64,000 nucleotides of DNA from Tubiluchus corallicola (lineage: Eukaryota; Animalia; Priapulida): contig JAQGDQ010000037.1 in NCBI GenBank assembly GCA_030141605.1, forward strand, positions 310,001 through 374,000. The letters run 5' to 3'. Position 1 is the first letter of the stretch, and every line of letters starts with the position of its first letter. Below are positions 12,499 to 42,353 of this stretch, piece after piece. The notes below the pieces were generated by a model. It searched no databases and had not been told where the DNA came from. It saw only the letters and a list, made by a program, of their open reading frames with translations. The translations under genes and the position numbers were made by a program.

Positions 12499-14573
12499 CT
12501 GCACCTAGCACATAGCTTCCTAATATGCTCGGATATGGCATGAACGAAGCGTAGCTCATCATCATCATCAAAGAAAACCCCGAGATGCAGGATAAAAATA
12601 AATTGGCACAATGTGTTAGCAGTGTGGCTGGTGAGACCCGACAACCACGCATCCATTTACTAACCAGGCATTACAGTAATCAGAGAACGACCAGAGTGTA
12701 GGCTTATATCGACGTAAATCAATGTGTTTCTGTAAATTTGTAATATGTGTTATATGTTGTGTTTGTTTGTAGGTAAATAATTATTGTAACTAGATTGTAC
12801 TTGCAAATAAAGGAAAATAAAAGCATTATAATAATAATAAGTCTCTCTCGATGAGTTGATGAGTTGACGAAATGATAGACTAAAAAACGATAAATCGGCA
12901 AAATTTGCTATTATTTAAATGCGTACTGGCGAAATGATGCACTAGCAAGAAGACACAAGCGAAATAATAGGCTGGCGAAGAACACCACTATTTAAATGTG
13001 TTGTATACTATTTCAAATGTCCACTGGACCACAGGGTGAAATGTACCAGTGTTTGAATGTATGTTTCTGATAATCAATATTTTTAACAGCTACTGCAAAA
13101 CAGTTGAATAGCAAAATCATACACTGGCTAATGACAAACTGACGAAATGATGCACTGATGATACATTGGTGTATCGTGCCCTGATGTAAAGCGACACATA
13201 ATCGAAGATAATAATTCAGGAATTTGATAATCTAGTTTCGTCCGTTTTCCAGAATTGATTGTCAGGAAGAATGGGCTGACCTCCAATTTTTTTGGCCAAC
13301 GTATTAATTCGAGGTACAATAATAATGTTATTTTATCTACTCACAATTAAGCCACTCTACCTCATATCTCATACCTTAATCTCAAGTTAAGAAAAACCCG
13401 ATTTTAACGCAGATTTTCTTGCTAGGCAAATCTAAATACTAGATGCAAATTATAAGAAATAAGAAACAAAGGCGAGAAAAATCTTTGAAATTCACCATTC
13501 GAAATTAGTTTTGATAGACTTGATTAAAATTTCAAAAATCATTATATTCTAGAAAAATAACACAATGCCACTGATTTATGATCAGAGATTTACATTTCCA
13601 AGCTGTTTGAAGTATTAATATAACACTTAAAATTCCTCTTATTTTATGCGAATTAAATGCTAATTTTTAATTAACTTTAAAAAGTGCACGTGTGCATGAA
13701 GGACACAGTTAACGTTGCAATTTCTCTCTTTTCAAATTTAAGGATCAAATGGAGTAAAATTTTGTGTCAGTTAAGGGCTGCTCCTCTATAATTTTGCCAT
13801 TATTCTACATACTGTGTTAAATGTCTGATCCTAATAAACGTCTTATTAAAATCAAAAATTGAGAGACAGATTAAGTGATTAGTATATTAAATTTCTTGGA
13901 ATGAGCATCATAAATTAGTTGCAAATGAAATTTTAAAAAATGTTGGAATAATAGTCAAGGTTAGAGATTCACTAGCAAAGTATATTTTCCCTTTATTATA
14001 TATACATCACGAATTCTACCTTAATAAGTAGTGTAATATTGTGTCGGCAAGTAATTACCATCGCGGCTTTAAAAATTGTACATATTACAAAAACGCATAA
14101 TAAGAGCCATAACGTGTGCACCTTTCAGGACATATGCTGCTCCACTTCTTAAACAAAGTTCTGGGATTTTTAAATATTTATGATATTAATATTATTTAGT
14201 TTGATATATTTGAAAGAACAAAGAATGGTTATGTAAAATTCTGAAGAACGAAATATACTACGATGGTCAAAATAAAATGCAAAGTATGGAAACTTTAAAC
14301 GCATTATCAATTATAGAAACATCTGGTTTTTGATCTCAATAAATTCGCCAACTTAAATATACGAAACTCATAGAATTAGCTTCTGTGTTAGATTGGTCTA
14401 TTAATTAGTTCTGTTTTACTGTATAAGAATTTCTCTTCATAACAGAGAACACTCGGCAAAGTTTTCATTTTATATACACGCATTTTATTTCACTGTATCA
14501 TGGCTGTCTCTAAAAGAAACCATGCATGACATGCTGCATGAGTGCAGACAGTCTGCGTTGATTTTAATACCCC

Positions 14574-14895
14574 TTATGCATGTCTACATAGGGGGCTGAA
14601 GTCTTCACAGCAATTCTTATACTGCCAATCTAATCCGCAACACATTCTGTACATCACTTTGATATCGAATATGAGTTTAACTGACATTGCACAATGTGAA
14701 CAAATTTTTGTTCTATGCCGCCCTTCTTCGGTTCCTTGAACGCATTTAATTTTTTTCTTCTTTGGTCCATTCAATTATTGTTTTCCAATGTTCCTCTCTC
14801 CATTTCTTCTGATACTTTGGACTACATCCATATGACGCAGATATTATCGCCAAGAAAAATATTGGAAGAAAAATGCAAGTTCTAAATAAATGCAT
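14574..14895 (-). CDS. Cysteine-rich secreted protein family copy B (about 106 aa if one extra base in a homopolymer is removed; otherwise a pseudogene)
   Basis: Signal peptide MHLFRTCIFLPIFFLAIISASYG, then CSPKYQKKWREEHWKTIIEWTKEEK / IKCVQGTEEGRHRTKICSHCAMSVKLIFDIKVMYRMCCGLDWQYKNCCEDFSPLC; frame break at the T7 run 14750-14756; ctgcag acceptor directly before ATG and donor at 15043; AATAAA at 14484-14489. Confidence 0.6.
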
Positions 14896-15191
14896 CTGCA
14901 GTTTAACAGTACAAAAAATTCTTCTTTGATATTTATGGCTAGCCATGCTAAAAATTCTGTTCGAATGCTCTAGAATAAAAGTGATAAGCTGGATGTTTCC
15001 AACTTCCAATCATCGTTGTAATCAGAAATGTAATTGGTATTACCTAGAAAGATTGTCATATGTCACAATCGTATTTTAATTACAATAGTAATATGGAATT
15101 AAACTTTTTAGAACGCAGCATTCGCTTTTAGTTTGGAATTGCTTGCCGAACCTTCCTATTTTTATGTAATTTATCGTATATACTAATTTCG

Positions 15192-15244
<53 letters not shown>

Positions 15245-15245
<1 letters not shown>

Positions 15246-16716
15246 CCGACGAGGCTATAGCTCCAACGACGGCGATCTATATGTTAAACGACAGACATAG
15301 ATTTGCCATTGTGGGTTATTTTTCGAATCGGGCCCACCGGGAGGAACACTAGGCAAAAAACCTCCAAAATGGCCATTTTGGGTCGTTTTTTGCGAAATTT
15401 CTACCTCTGATTTCTGGTGAACGGGAATGGACCGGGGATGGTGCCGGTAACAGTCAAATAGTCCGTTCAACGGTGCGTGTTATAGTCATATATAGAATTC
15501 GCGCCAGGGCCACGGTGTCCCGTAACGGGCATTTTTCTGGACCCTACTCCCGATTTTTTCAAAATTTTAAGCAAACATCCTATAAAAAATATTCTACTGG
15601 CGCTTGGTGGGGCTTTCGGAAGAAGATGTAGTTTTTTAGAAAGAGGAGGAACAGGGCTACAACGTGCTGTGGGTCTCTTCTAGACTCGCCTACACCAAGA
15701 GGAGCTGCGATGAGTTGATTAGAGGTTCCATTTTGGACGATTCTCACTTAGAAAACTGCTGCCGCAATGCCAATGTTCTGACGTCATCCTTTGTACTCTG
15801 CCAATAATTTTGTCCAGTAAAAGCTGCTACTGGCTTTGCGTTATAAATGAGGACTATGTAGGTTGTAAGACGTTCGCGCATTATTGATTACAAGTGGATT
15901 TTATATGCAAAATTTTTTGCTATCCCCCTCAAAAACGCATCCCGACCTCGGAATGATAAGTCAGATTACAGTAAACTTACAAATGTAAGCTCCTGTTTTG
16001 ATAGAACTAAACAGTAAAAATGTAACAGCATAAATGTTTAAAATAAGTCCATTGAAGAAAGCACTAAACAGTAAAAATGTAACAGCACATTGAAGAAAGC
16101 ATGACAGTGTAGAAAGTCTGGAAGCTAGTGTCCGTGACAGAATTCAGGTACCGGCAAGCAGCTAGAGAGAAGAGTTGTAGAGTGCAACTACAACTTTCAG
16201 ACCGTACTTGCGGCACGTCACGATGCACTGATCAAACAAATCACGCCCATGAACATCAGAACGTTGTACTGCAGCCTACCACTGGCAAAAAGCACATGTA
16301 AAAAAAGCTTACGTTCACTTGCAGAGAAGTGCAGCATAGTGAGCATACTCAAACTGAATGTTGAGTTGTCCATTAACAGTTCATGGCTGGGCTCATTGCA
16401 TCATCCTACTTCTGAGACTAATGAACTGCAGGTGGTAAATGAGGCCGACAAGGGCTAAAACTATCCAGGTTGGTTCTGTACCAGCAGATGCGGAGGCCAA
16501 GCAGACTATAACTCTTCTGACATCCATCCACGAAACAACAGAATGATAATTACATCAAGTAGATTTAAAACCAAAAACAATGATGAAATAGAGTTTGCAC
16601 TGTCATGGATTACACTAACTGGACCAGTAAAAGAACAGAGATGACCGCTTTTATACAGGCCAGAATCATTGCTTGGCTTCAACAGAAACCTACATTTTGC
16701 GTGAAAGGGGTGTTCA

Positions 16717-16720
<4 letters not shown>
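15245..16720. mobile_element. Unclassified about 1.5-kb interspersed element sitting inside a (TA)n microsatellite
   Basis: Bounded by (TA)n at about 15195-15244 and 16721-16749; GC-richer than flanks; segment 15515-15835 has a diverged second copy at 63237-63562. Confidence 0.6.
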
Positions 16721-16749
<29 letters not shown>

Positions 16750-16754
<5 letters not shown>

Positions 16755-17092
16755 ATGTAATATAATGTAATGTAATGTAATATAATGTAATATAATATAA
16801 TATAATATAATATAATATAATATAATATAATATAATATAATATAATATAATATAATATAATATAATATAATATAATATAATATAATATAATATAATATAA
16901 TATAATATAATATAATATAATATAATATAATATAATATAATATAATATAATATAATATAATATAATATAATATAATATAATATAATATAATATAATATAA
17001 TATAATATAATATAATATAATATAATATAATATAATATAATATAATATAATATAATATAATATAATATAATATAATATAATATAATATAATA
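16750..17092. repeat. (TATAA)n pentanucleotide microsatellite
   Basis: About 340 bp of near-perfect tataa units, with a few tgtaa variants at the start. Confidence 0.97.
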
Positions 17093-17696
17093 TTGTTACG
17101 AAGGCGAAATGCCCTTTATTTTCGACCCTCCCCCTCTACATTGTGATAGTTTCATCCATTACGAAGCCATTACATATCAACGTTGAAATCAGTAATTGCG
17201 AGATAGATCAGATTATTAGTATATTAAATTTCTAGGTGTGAACTGATGAGTATATGTCTTGGCACTAAGCATCTTAAATTGATTGCAAATAAAATTTCAA
17301 GAAAATCTTAGAATATTGTTTAAGGTAGACATTTATTGGCACAGTGTATTGGAAAATGAAATCTACCATGATAACAAAACTGACGGTAAAATAAATTACG
17401 AACGTATGGAAACTTTTACAACACATTATCTATTATATACACAATATCAAATCTCATTTACTTTTTGGTCTCAATAAATAGGCCGGAACTAAAGACACCA
17501 AACTTTTTTAGAGCGCCGGATTGGTCTTGTTGAGTTTGTTTTATTGTATAGTAATTGTATAACCCCGTACTAAGTTGAATTTGTTTTATTGTATTATAAT
17601 TGGTCATTGTAACGCAGAACACTCTTCAAATATTTTAATTTCATATAAATATCATTTTATTTAATTGTATCGCGGTTGTTCCTAAGCAAGACTATG

Positions 17697-18071
17697 TCAC
17701 GCTGCACACAAGGAGTGGACAAAGTTTAGGCTGAATTCTGGTAGCATGTATCTAACATTTAGTAACATTCTTGTTACATGAGACAGTGAAGCGCTTAGTG
17801 CAATCCGTATACCACCATTCTTTTTGTACGTCAGTTTGATTTCGAGTATTTGTTTTACTGCCATTGCACAATATGAACAAATTTTTGTTCTATACCGTCC
17901 TGCATCAGTTCCTTGAACACAGTTATATTTATCTTCTTTGGTCCATCCAATTATTGTTTTCCAACTATCCATTCTCCATTTCTTCTGATATTTTGGACCG
18001 CATCCATATGGCGCAGACACTGTTACCAGGAAAAATACTGGAAGAAAAAAGCAAGTTTTAAATAAATGCAT
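17697..18071 (-). CDS. Cysteine-rich secreted protein family copy C (124-aa ORF with frameshifted C-terminus)
   Basis: MHLFKTCFFLPVFFLVTVSAPYG signal peptide, then CGPKYQKKWRMDSWKTIIGWTKEDKYNCVQGTDAGRYRTKICSYCAMAVK; a 13-nt deletion relative to copy B removes the CC doublet; ctgcag acceptor before ATG and donor at 18216; AATAAA at 17656-17661. Confidence 0.6.
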   Translation of the reverse strand: MHLFKTCFFLPVFFLVTVSAPYGCGPKYQKKWRMDSWKTIIGWTKEDKYNCVQGTDAGRYRTKICSYCAMAVKQILEIKLTYKKNGGIRIALSASLSHVTRMLLNVRYMLPEFSLNFVHSLCAA

Positions 18072-18559
18072 CTGCAGCTTAACAATAGAAAAAAATCATT
18101 GAAATTTAAGACGAATCATGTTAGAAATTCTATTTGAATGTTCTAGAATGAAAGTGTGACGCTGGATATTTCCAAATTTCAGTCGTCGCTGTAGTCATAA
18201 CTATAATTGGTATTACCTGAAAATTGTCATTATGTCACAATTGTATTTTAATTACAATAACAATTTAGAATCAAACTTTTAGAATGCAGTACTCGGTTTT
18301 AAATTGGAATTCGTTGCTGAATCATTTTTCTGTTTTTGTGTTACTTATTTAATATTAAATTTTGCAATTGTATTTAAACGAATCTTTGTTATTAGCTAAC
18401 ATAGTGTAAAGTTGTAGTAAATTTTAAGTTCTGTAGGAAATCTAGCGGTGCCCCACTCTTCACTGTGCAAGGTTTTGTACTATCATTTTAAAGAAGTCAT
18501 ATGCTCAATCACTTTCGAAGTTAAGTATCGATCAGTGATGATTGGATAAATGATAACTA

Positions 18560-20790
18560 TAATTATTAGTGTGAAAGTTTGGCCTACACACCGCATTCCA
18601 TTTCTTTTGCTGAGATTATTTGTATAGTAACTAAATTAACTAAATATGGCTCAATATTCAGCGATTTATTTATTGATGAGCTTACCATCAATAGAATTAG
18701 TACATCATTTGCTTATTTTGTCCAGCTTCGTAATTTCAGACCAGAAATCTCTGTCTTTCGAATCAGCTAAGGTCGTTGCCATTTTTTTGGCTTCGTATGA
18801 CATGCTGATCTTTAAAAACCCGTCGAATTCTAACATGGTATTGCACACGAGTGCGCCGCCTAATTTCTGCAATGATCCCGTATCTAGGCTTGTTATTCGT
18901 TCGCCACATACGATATTATGCCAGGAAAGAGCTTGCTCACCAAGTGGCTTCTCTTCTTCATTCCATTCGGCTATCACACGTTTGGTAGAATCTGACGGGG
19001 ATGAAGACGTCTGCGACAAGCAATATTTACCAGCCTCCAAACATGCGTTTATAATATTTCTAGGATAAATCTATTATTTCCATGCAATTGCCGCTAAATT
19101 TGTTATCACACCGGGCTGCAGTAATCACAGCGTTTAAATTTAAATTACAAAGCTTATCATCAAGTATTATGCGGTAATTGATTAGACTGTTTTTGTTTAT
19201 TTTAATCCTAGAAGTGCAGGGCGGTATATTCTATTAACCACTTGCATTTAACTAAATTCACGATCAGAACAGTTATCAATATAATGCCAGACACCAGATT
19301 CAGTAAAATAATTTATCAAGTTATCTGAGACGATGAAGTGATTAATTGTGGAAAACGTATTAAAACCAGCATTATAGCACGTATAATCAACATTGGATAT
19401 ATTTAAATTAGTTGAGTAAAGTTTTTCTCACGTATAAATTGTTGAAGCATGCGCATTTGCCCAGTGTCCTCTAGCCAGATGGCAGTTAAAGTCACCTGCC
19501 AAAACAACATAGTTGTATTGGTTCACAATCTCGGATATACTTGGCAAACGTTCTTCAAACTCAGGGCTGACGTTAACGTCGTGAGTGTGAACGGGCATGT
19601 AAAGATTCATGAAAACAAGAACACAATTGTCTGAGACTTTAATTTCAATGGCTGTAACCCTTCCAGACTCACAATTAGTGGGAGTTATGCAGCTACTAAG
19701 TTCTTTTTTCCACATTATTCCAGTTTAACCATACCCTCCGCCTCGTAATATTTCATTGTCTCTTATAACACTTGAAGGGGTGCATTCAGTTTCGCTATTT
19801 CCTGGGCGTGGTTTTGCAATTTCTGTTTTATGCAACCAGTGTTCTTGAATAGCGCCTATATATGCATGTAATTCTCCAAAGCATATTGTTTATGAATTCA
19901 ACATTTGGTTAGATGGCCCAGCGCAGTTGAAAGACAGGTGTATATTATTAATTTGGTTACTGTTCACCGTGATTAATTACTTATAGTTAGACTAGGCGAG
20001 CCGTCAATAGTGTTGTTTTCCCGTTTACTTTTCCTTAAAAGCCAACACCGCTTACAACCAATTCTTTCAGGCCAGAAGTCTGGCTCATGTAGCTATGTCG
20101 AGTCTGTCAAGTGGCACAGTTATATGGTAGGCGTTCTTACTGTTTTGAATTCTTTCAATAGACATCACAGGCACACTCTGCATTTCAACATCAGTTTTAA
20201 TATCTTGTTCAGTGTAGCTTTCATCAGCGTTAAATATTTTTAGGTTTGACCTTGAACAGACTTTTTGATGTTGGCTATATCATTTCCATTTGTAATGTTT
20301 CTCATGCCCATGTTTCCATGTTTTCATGCGGTTTTGTACAGATGTTTCGATTTTATTCAATCAGTCTAATACAGAGAAGATTTCTATTTCTCCAGGTGAG
20401 AATCTTGGCACTCTGTCAAAGACAGTTACGAAAAAGAGTGGCACACCCTCCTCCTGATCAGCTTTCTGCAATGCGGTGAATATATCGTCCAAAATTACCA
20501 TTTTAGGGAAAACCCTTTCTGGTTCTGGATGCGTCCAATGACATTGTAGCTCACGTTATTCCACAATTTCATTTTTGCTACATTTACTTGGTCATCTGTG
20601 TAAAAGCTGCAAACAGTGGTCTTAACTTCCTTATTGTGTGTTTATTCATGTAATGAACGCTGCAAGACAGAAGCTCAATGTGTATAGGGGTACCACTGGT
20701 TTCGTCCTCGTTGTCTGACATTTAAAAATCAGTGACTCGACACAACAGCCACTCTTTCACCTAGCCCCCTTGTTGATTTCCTGGCAGGCA
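18560..20790 (-). mobile_element. Decayed non-LTR retrotransposon (CR1/L2-like LINE): ORF1 remnant plus APE endonuclease part of ORF2
   Basis: Minus-strand motifs: ORF1 end PDFWPERIGCKRCW (about 20040-20085); endonuclease LSFNCAG, IQEHWL, GIMWKK, NLYMP, VVLAGDFNCHL, STINHFIVS; post-endonuclease WNEEEKPLGEQALSWHNI. Multiple stops and frameshifts; no RT motifs seen; boundaries approximate. Confidence 0.85.
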
Positions 20791-21743
20791 AATTACCTGC
20801 ACCAGTAGACCATATAGACATAGATTATAAATCTCAATGTTTTTCTTCTCCATTTCTAGGTTTAATTCACACTTTTGAATGACAAAAATGCAGTGTTATT
20901 AATCCTTGTATCAAGATGTATACACTCATACAACTTGCACCACTCAACTCACTTATTAAACTCTATAATTATTTTTTAGCAAATTTACAGAGAAAAAAAA
21001 ACTGGTACTTCACCCTGTCGTCATGTTTTACGCTGATGCACAATTATAGACGACATTACACAATTACAAGTGAGAATTTCTCGAAATGGGATTGGAATTA
21101 ACTCGTAGTTGTTTGTCCATATGGAGATAACAAAAAAGTACTTAATACTCCCTCTGAGGCCTCTGAGACAAAGGGCTTCAAGAAGGTTTTTTGTACCTGG
21201 TGTTCGGTCAACTTTTGCGAAAAAAGAACCTGCGAAAAGGTTCCCATTTCGGCACTCTATACTCGCCTTTCTTCACAAAGTTTCTTGGAAATTTGTTGGG
21301 TAGTTTTTCAGGTAATAGGCCTTATGGCCATAACACACAAAAGACAATCAAACAAGCAAACTGTGTTGAAGAATGACTTCCTTTGCAGCGGTAAAAATAA
21401 CTAAAATAATTATCCTCCACGGTAACTCTACCGTATTTTACTAAATCTGCTATTTTTCCTGTGCCATTTTTACCTACATTCCAACCCAAGATGCATAATT
21501 GTTTCCAGCAGTCATCAGCTTATCATTACGTTATTATGCAACGACAATTTTATGTGCAGAATTTTTTTCAGCCGATTGATTACCAGCAACTGTTGTTTTT
21601 TTAGTTTAATTATCTTCAAACAATTTTTCGGTATTTGTTTCCATATCTATGGCTAAAATAATCAAACGTTGTCGTGCTTGCTGTAAAACAAAATACGCGA
21701 TTCAGAAGCGAAAGTTTTCTGCGAAACACAAATAGAATGCAGC

Positions 21744-38880
<17,137 letters not shown>

Positions 38881-41800
38881 AGCATATAGATATAGTCATA
38901 GATGTTCTTCTAATATTATTCTTCCATGCTAGTCAACTTTGTGAGTCGCTGAGACTTAAAGTTGCTGAAATCATCCCCATCAGCTCGGCAATGCATTGAC
39001 TGTATCTTATTTTTCAAGTCCTGTTAACATTATTTTTTATTTGGCAAGTTCCACAATTTTTGGAACAACTGTTCAACACCACTTCCTTGTTTTATTTATG
39101 TCGAAGTTTGGTGTTCTTTTTATACCTGTATTATTTTTGTAAGACATGAATAAATGAAAAATTTGTGGTCGTCTGTTGCTTGTGACAAAGAGGATGATAG
39201 GCTTTGGAGTTTTTAGGAGGACAGCTAGTGAATAACGTGGTTATCATGAGGAAAGGAAGGAATCATCTGGTGTGCAATGGCATTGCATCGGGCAACTGTG
39301 GGAGACTAAGCAAAACTATATCAACCCTTTTTGAAAGTGCAACATACATGCTGTCATATCTGCATATTTGCTGTTTCATTTTTTCATGCCTGTGACAAAA
39401 CCATGTCGGTGCAGACATGTTGGAACATTGATGATGCAGCCTGGCAGTGATGTGCTGAAGCTTTTAGCAGAGCAGACAAAACACATGAGCAAGCTGACAG
39501 AATGATGCATATTTTAAGCAGCTTGGTAACGATATTCGTAATTTGGCCATGGATTAAACTAAATAGCTGATGTGCGTGTAAGTGTAAGTTATAATAGGAA
39601 TGATGTGTGCTATTAATCCAAAATAAACATCACGAAGTGTAGATATAAAAACTATAATACCCGTGGGCAAAAGTGCATATTTGACATTTGATGCCTGTAA
39701 ACGCAGTGCCACGCCCACTATGCTTATGCTTTCGGCACCAAAATCTTGGTGTAACCTTACCACCCATGATGAGGAATGTTAAAGTTTGTTCATTCACATT
39801 TGTTGCTTAACTGAATATAGTAAATAAATATTCATTTATTTGCTCGTATTTGTACAGCATGAATGTCATCCTCGAACACTTGATGAACTGAACCTAATTG
39901 TAGTTATTACTGAAAATTTTAGAAGCAGAATTGAACCGAAATTGGAAAATGTCAAAAAATGGGACTGACCCTAAATATCAAATTGAGCCTTTGATTGATA
40001 TTTACTAATAAAAATCATTTTTTTTGAAAGGCATCTTCAGTTTGCGATGTCGCAAATGGTTAATTTTCTAAAACATTAATTAGTGTCGTAATTATTATGC
40101 CATTAAAATAGCTGACATGATTTCTATTGTATTTATACAGATGATCTTAATTTGTGGTGATACTTAATATAAAGAGGAAATCTTGATTGTTTCCACATTT
40201 AAGAAATGCAGTTATCCATTTTGCATAATGTACTGCTGATAGTGTTCACACTACTTATTTTGCCACCTGCAAAAATTATTAAACTGAAAGAAATTAGTGT
40301 AATTTAACTATTTGCTTCTTGCTAAGATTGCTGTAAGAAATTTTTATTGCATTTGAATCTGTGATTTTGTGAAAATGTATTGGAATAAATGCATATACTG
40401 ATGTTATCAATATCATGTATTTCACATTTGCATACTTGTTTTATTCTTATTAATAGAATATTTATAGTGCTACAATCAAAGCTTACTCTTTACAAATTCT
40501 AATCAGATTGATTTAAAGTGCAACAGTTATTCAGGAAATGCATGGCCTTTTATGCAAAGTTGCAATGAATATTGCAAGCAAAGTCACATATGATGCACTC
40601 TATGAAAAAAACACTAGGATCATGCAAGAAAGTTTTAAAATAAATTCTCAAAAGCGAGTCTTAGTGAGGTTAAAGCAAAATTTAGATTTTGTTTGATCTT
40701 GCAGAGGTTACTACAGTTCAACTTTACTTCAAAAAAGTAGTTGAAAAACAGTTATCTAAATTTAGCTAAAAGTCAGACAGCTAATGAGAAAATGCATGCA
40801 AACTAATGAGAGAAATAATATAAATTATGTGAAATTATATACGTCACACTTATTTGAAACATATGACTGATCACTAAATCACGACTTTTTGTTTTTCATT
40901 TTTAGCTTGCGCTCTGGGACAATAATATAGTCATTAGATCCCATCTATATATCTTCAGGGCACGCTTCTATATAGTCCTATATATATATATATCCAAGCG
41001 TTGCTTCCTCCACAAATGCTTAGCAAATGTATTAAAACATCATTTCTTTGTACCGTACATCAGTTTATATCGTAATTATGAAATTTTACTAACACCGATA
41101 ATAAATCTTCCATCAGTAGCATGTAGTTAAGGTTTTTCATTACTAATTCTAGTAGCCGAATATAAGCTCACTTTCTAGGCCTATAGTGCCAAATTTATTA
41201 ATTGTATCTGAATTTTGTTGTAAAAATCACAACTGGATTTTGTGTACGTGTGGTGTAAAAGTATTTATCTTGCAAAATAAAATGAATTGAATTGAATTAA
41301 AAAATGAAATTGAATATGAAAAATTACCAAAACAAACATTAATAATAATCCATTATAGTTTATTAGCATATAAAATGCAAACCTTATCAACCAAATATAT
41401 TAATTATCATAGATAATGTATGGTAAAAATAAATTCATTTGTAGGTGATTTATATAACATACTTAAATTACCTTACCAACCCTATTTTCAATACTTATAT
41501 TACCAACAAGTTAAGTGCAAGAACGTAACCACTGTTCTTGTATTACCAGCAAATAGATTAGAATATTACATGTAGTATCTGATATTGTTTCCTTCAATGT
41601 CGACACATGTTATGCTTTTTTGCAAAAATAGAAACTGGAGTTCCAAACAGATAAACAGTGACTTCAAACTTACTTAGTTCATTAATCAGTTTGCATAATA
41701 ATTGAAAATTTTTTAAATGTACCCACAACACAGCAACGTGAATAGTGACTGAATTTACCATATCAAAATACAAAACATACTTCCAATCAAAACCTAGAAC

Positions 41801-42353
41801 AATTTGCATTGTTGAATTCTGAAACTGACGCCTAGTCAACTAACAAAGGTGAGGTAAAACCTATGTTGGCTCTTAATGAACAGAACAATGTTTGGTACAA
41901 TAAGTAGTTACTAGTTATGTATTAGGCCAAGCGACATTAGTACATGTATTAATGATGTATGCGATACCATGTTTTATAAACCACACTGGTAATCACAGCA
42001 TCCAAACCTCTTATTTAATATACAAAATACTAACAGTAAATTCTTAACTAAGTGCACAAAACAATTACGAAATAAAATGGTAACGGCACTCGGAAAAATA
42101 GTGGATCTGTTAGAGTCTGAAAGTTTGTTGCTAAATACATTTGACATTGATTCAAGCAGCTGCTGTTTTGTGTGAAGTTAGTTACATCTAATCTATTTAA
42201 AGCATGTGATGTCACACAACAACGGTTTAGCAGAAGTGTGCAGAAATTAATAATGTTTGCTGGACCTAAAACGAAACAATTGAAACTCCTAAACTTCACT
42301 AATTTGGTCAATCTGTAAACTGGGCCAACGTTGGGGCCAAAGTTCAATACCCT

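Noticed and set aside
16249-16458. 69-aa ORF inside the (TA)n-flanked element
   Set aside because: No recognisable domain or splice structure
16750-17092. CRISPR-like or TATA-box array
   Set aside because: Pure pentanucleotide microsatellite with no spacers, in eukaryotic context
18646-19068. 140-aa plus-strand ORF
   Set aside because: Antisense shadow of the decayed LINE ORF2
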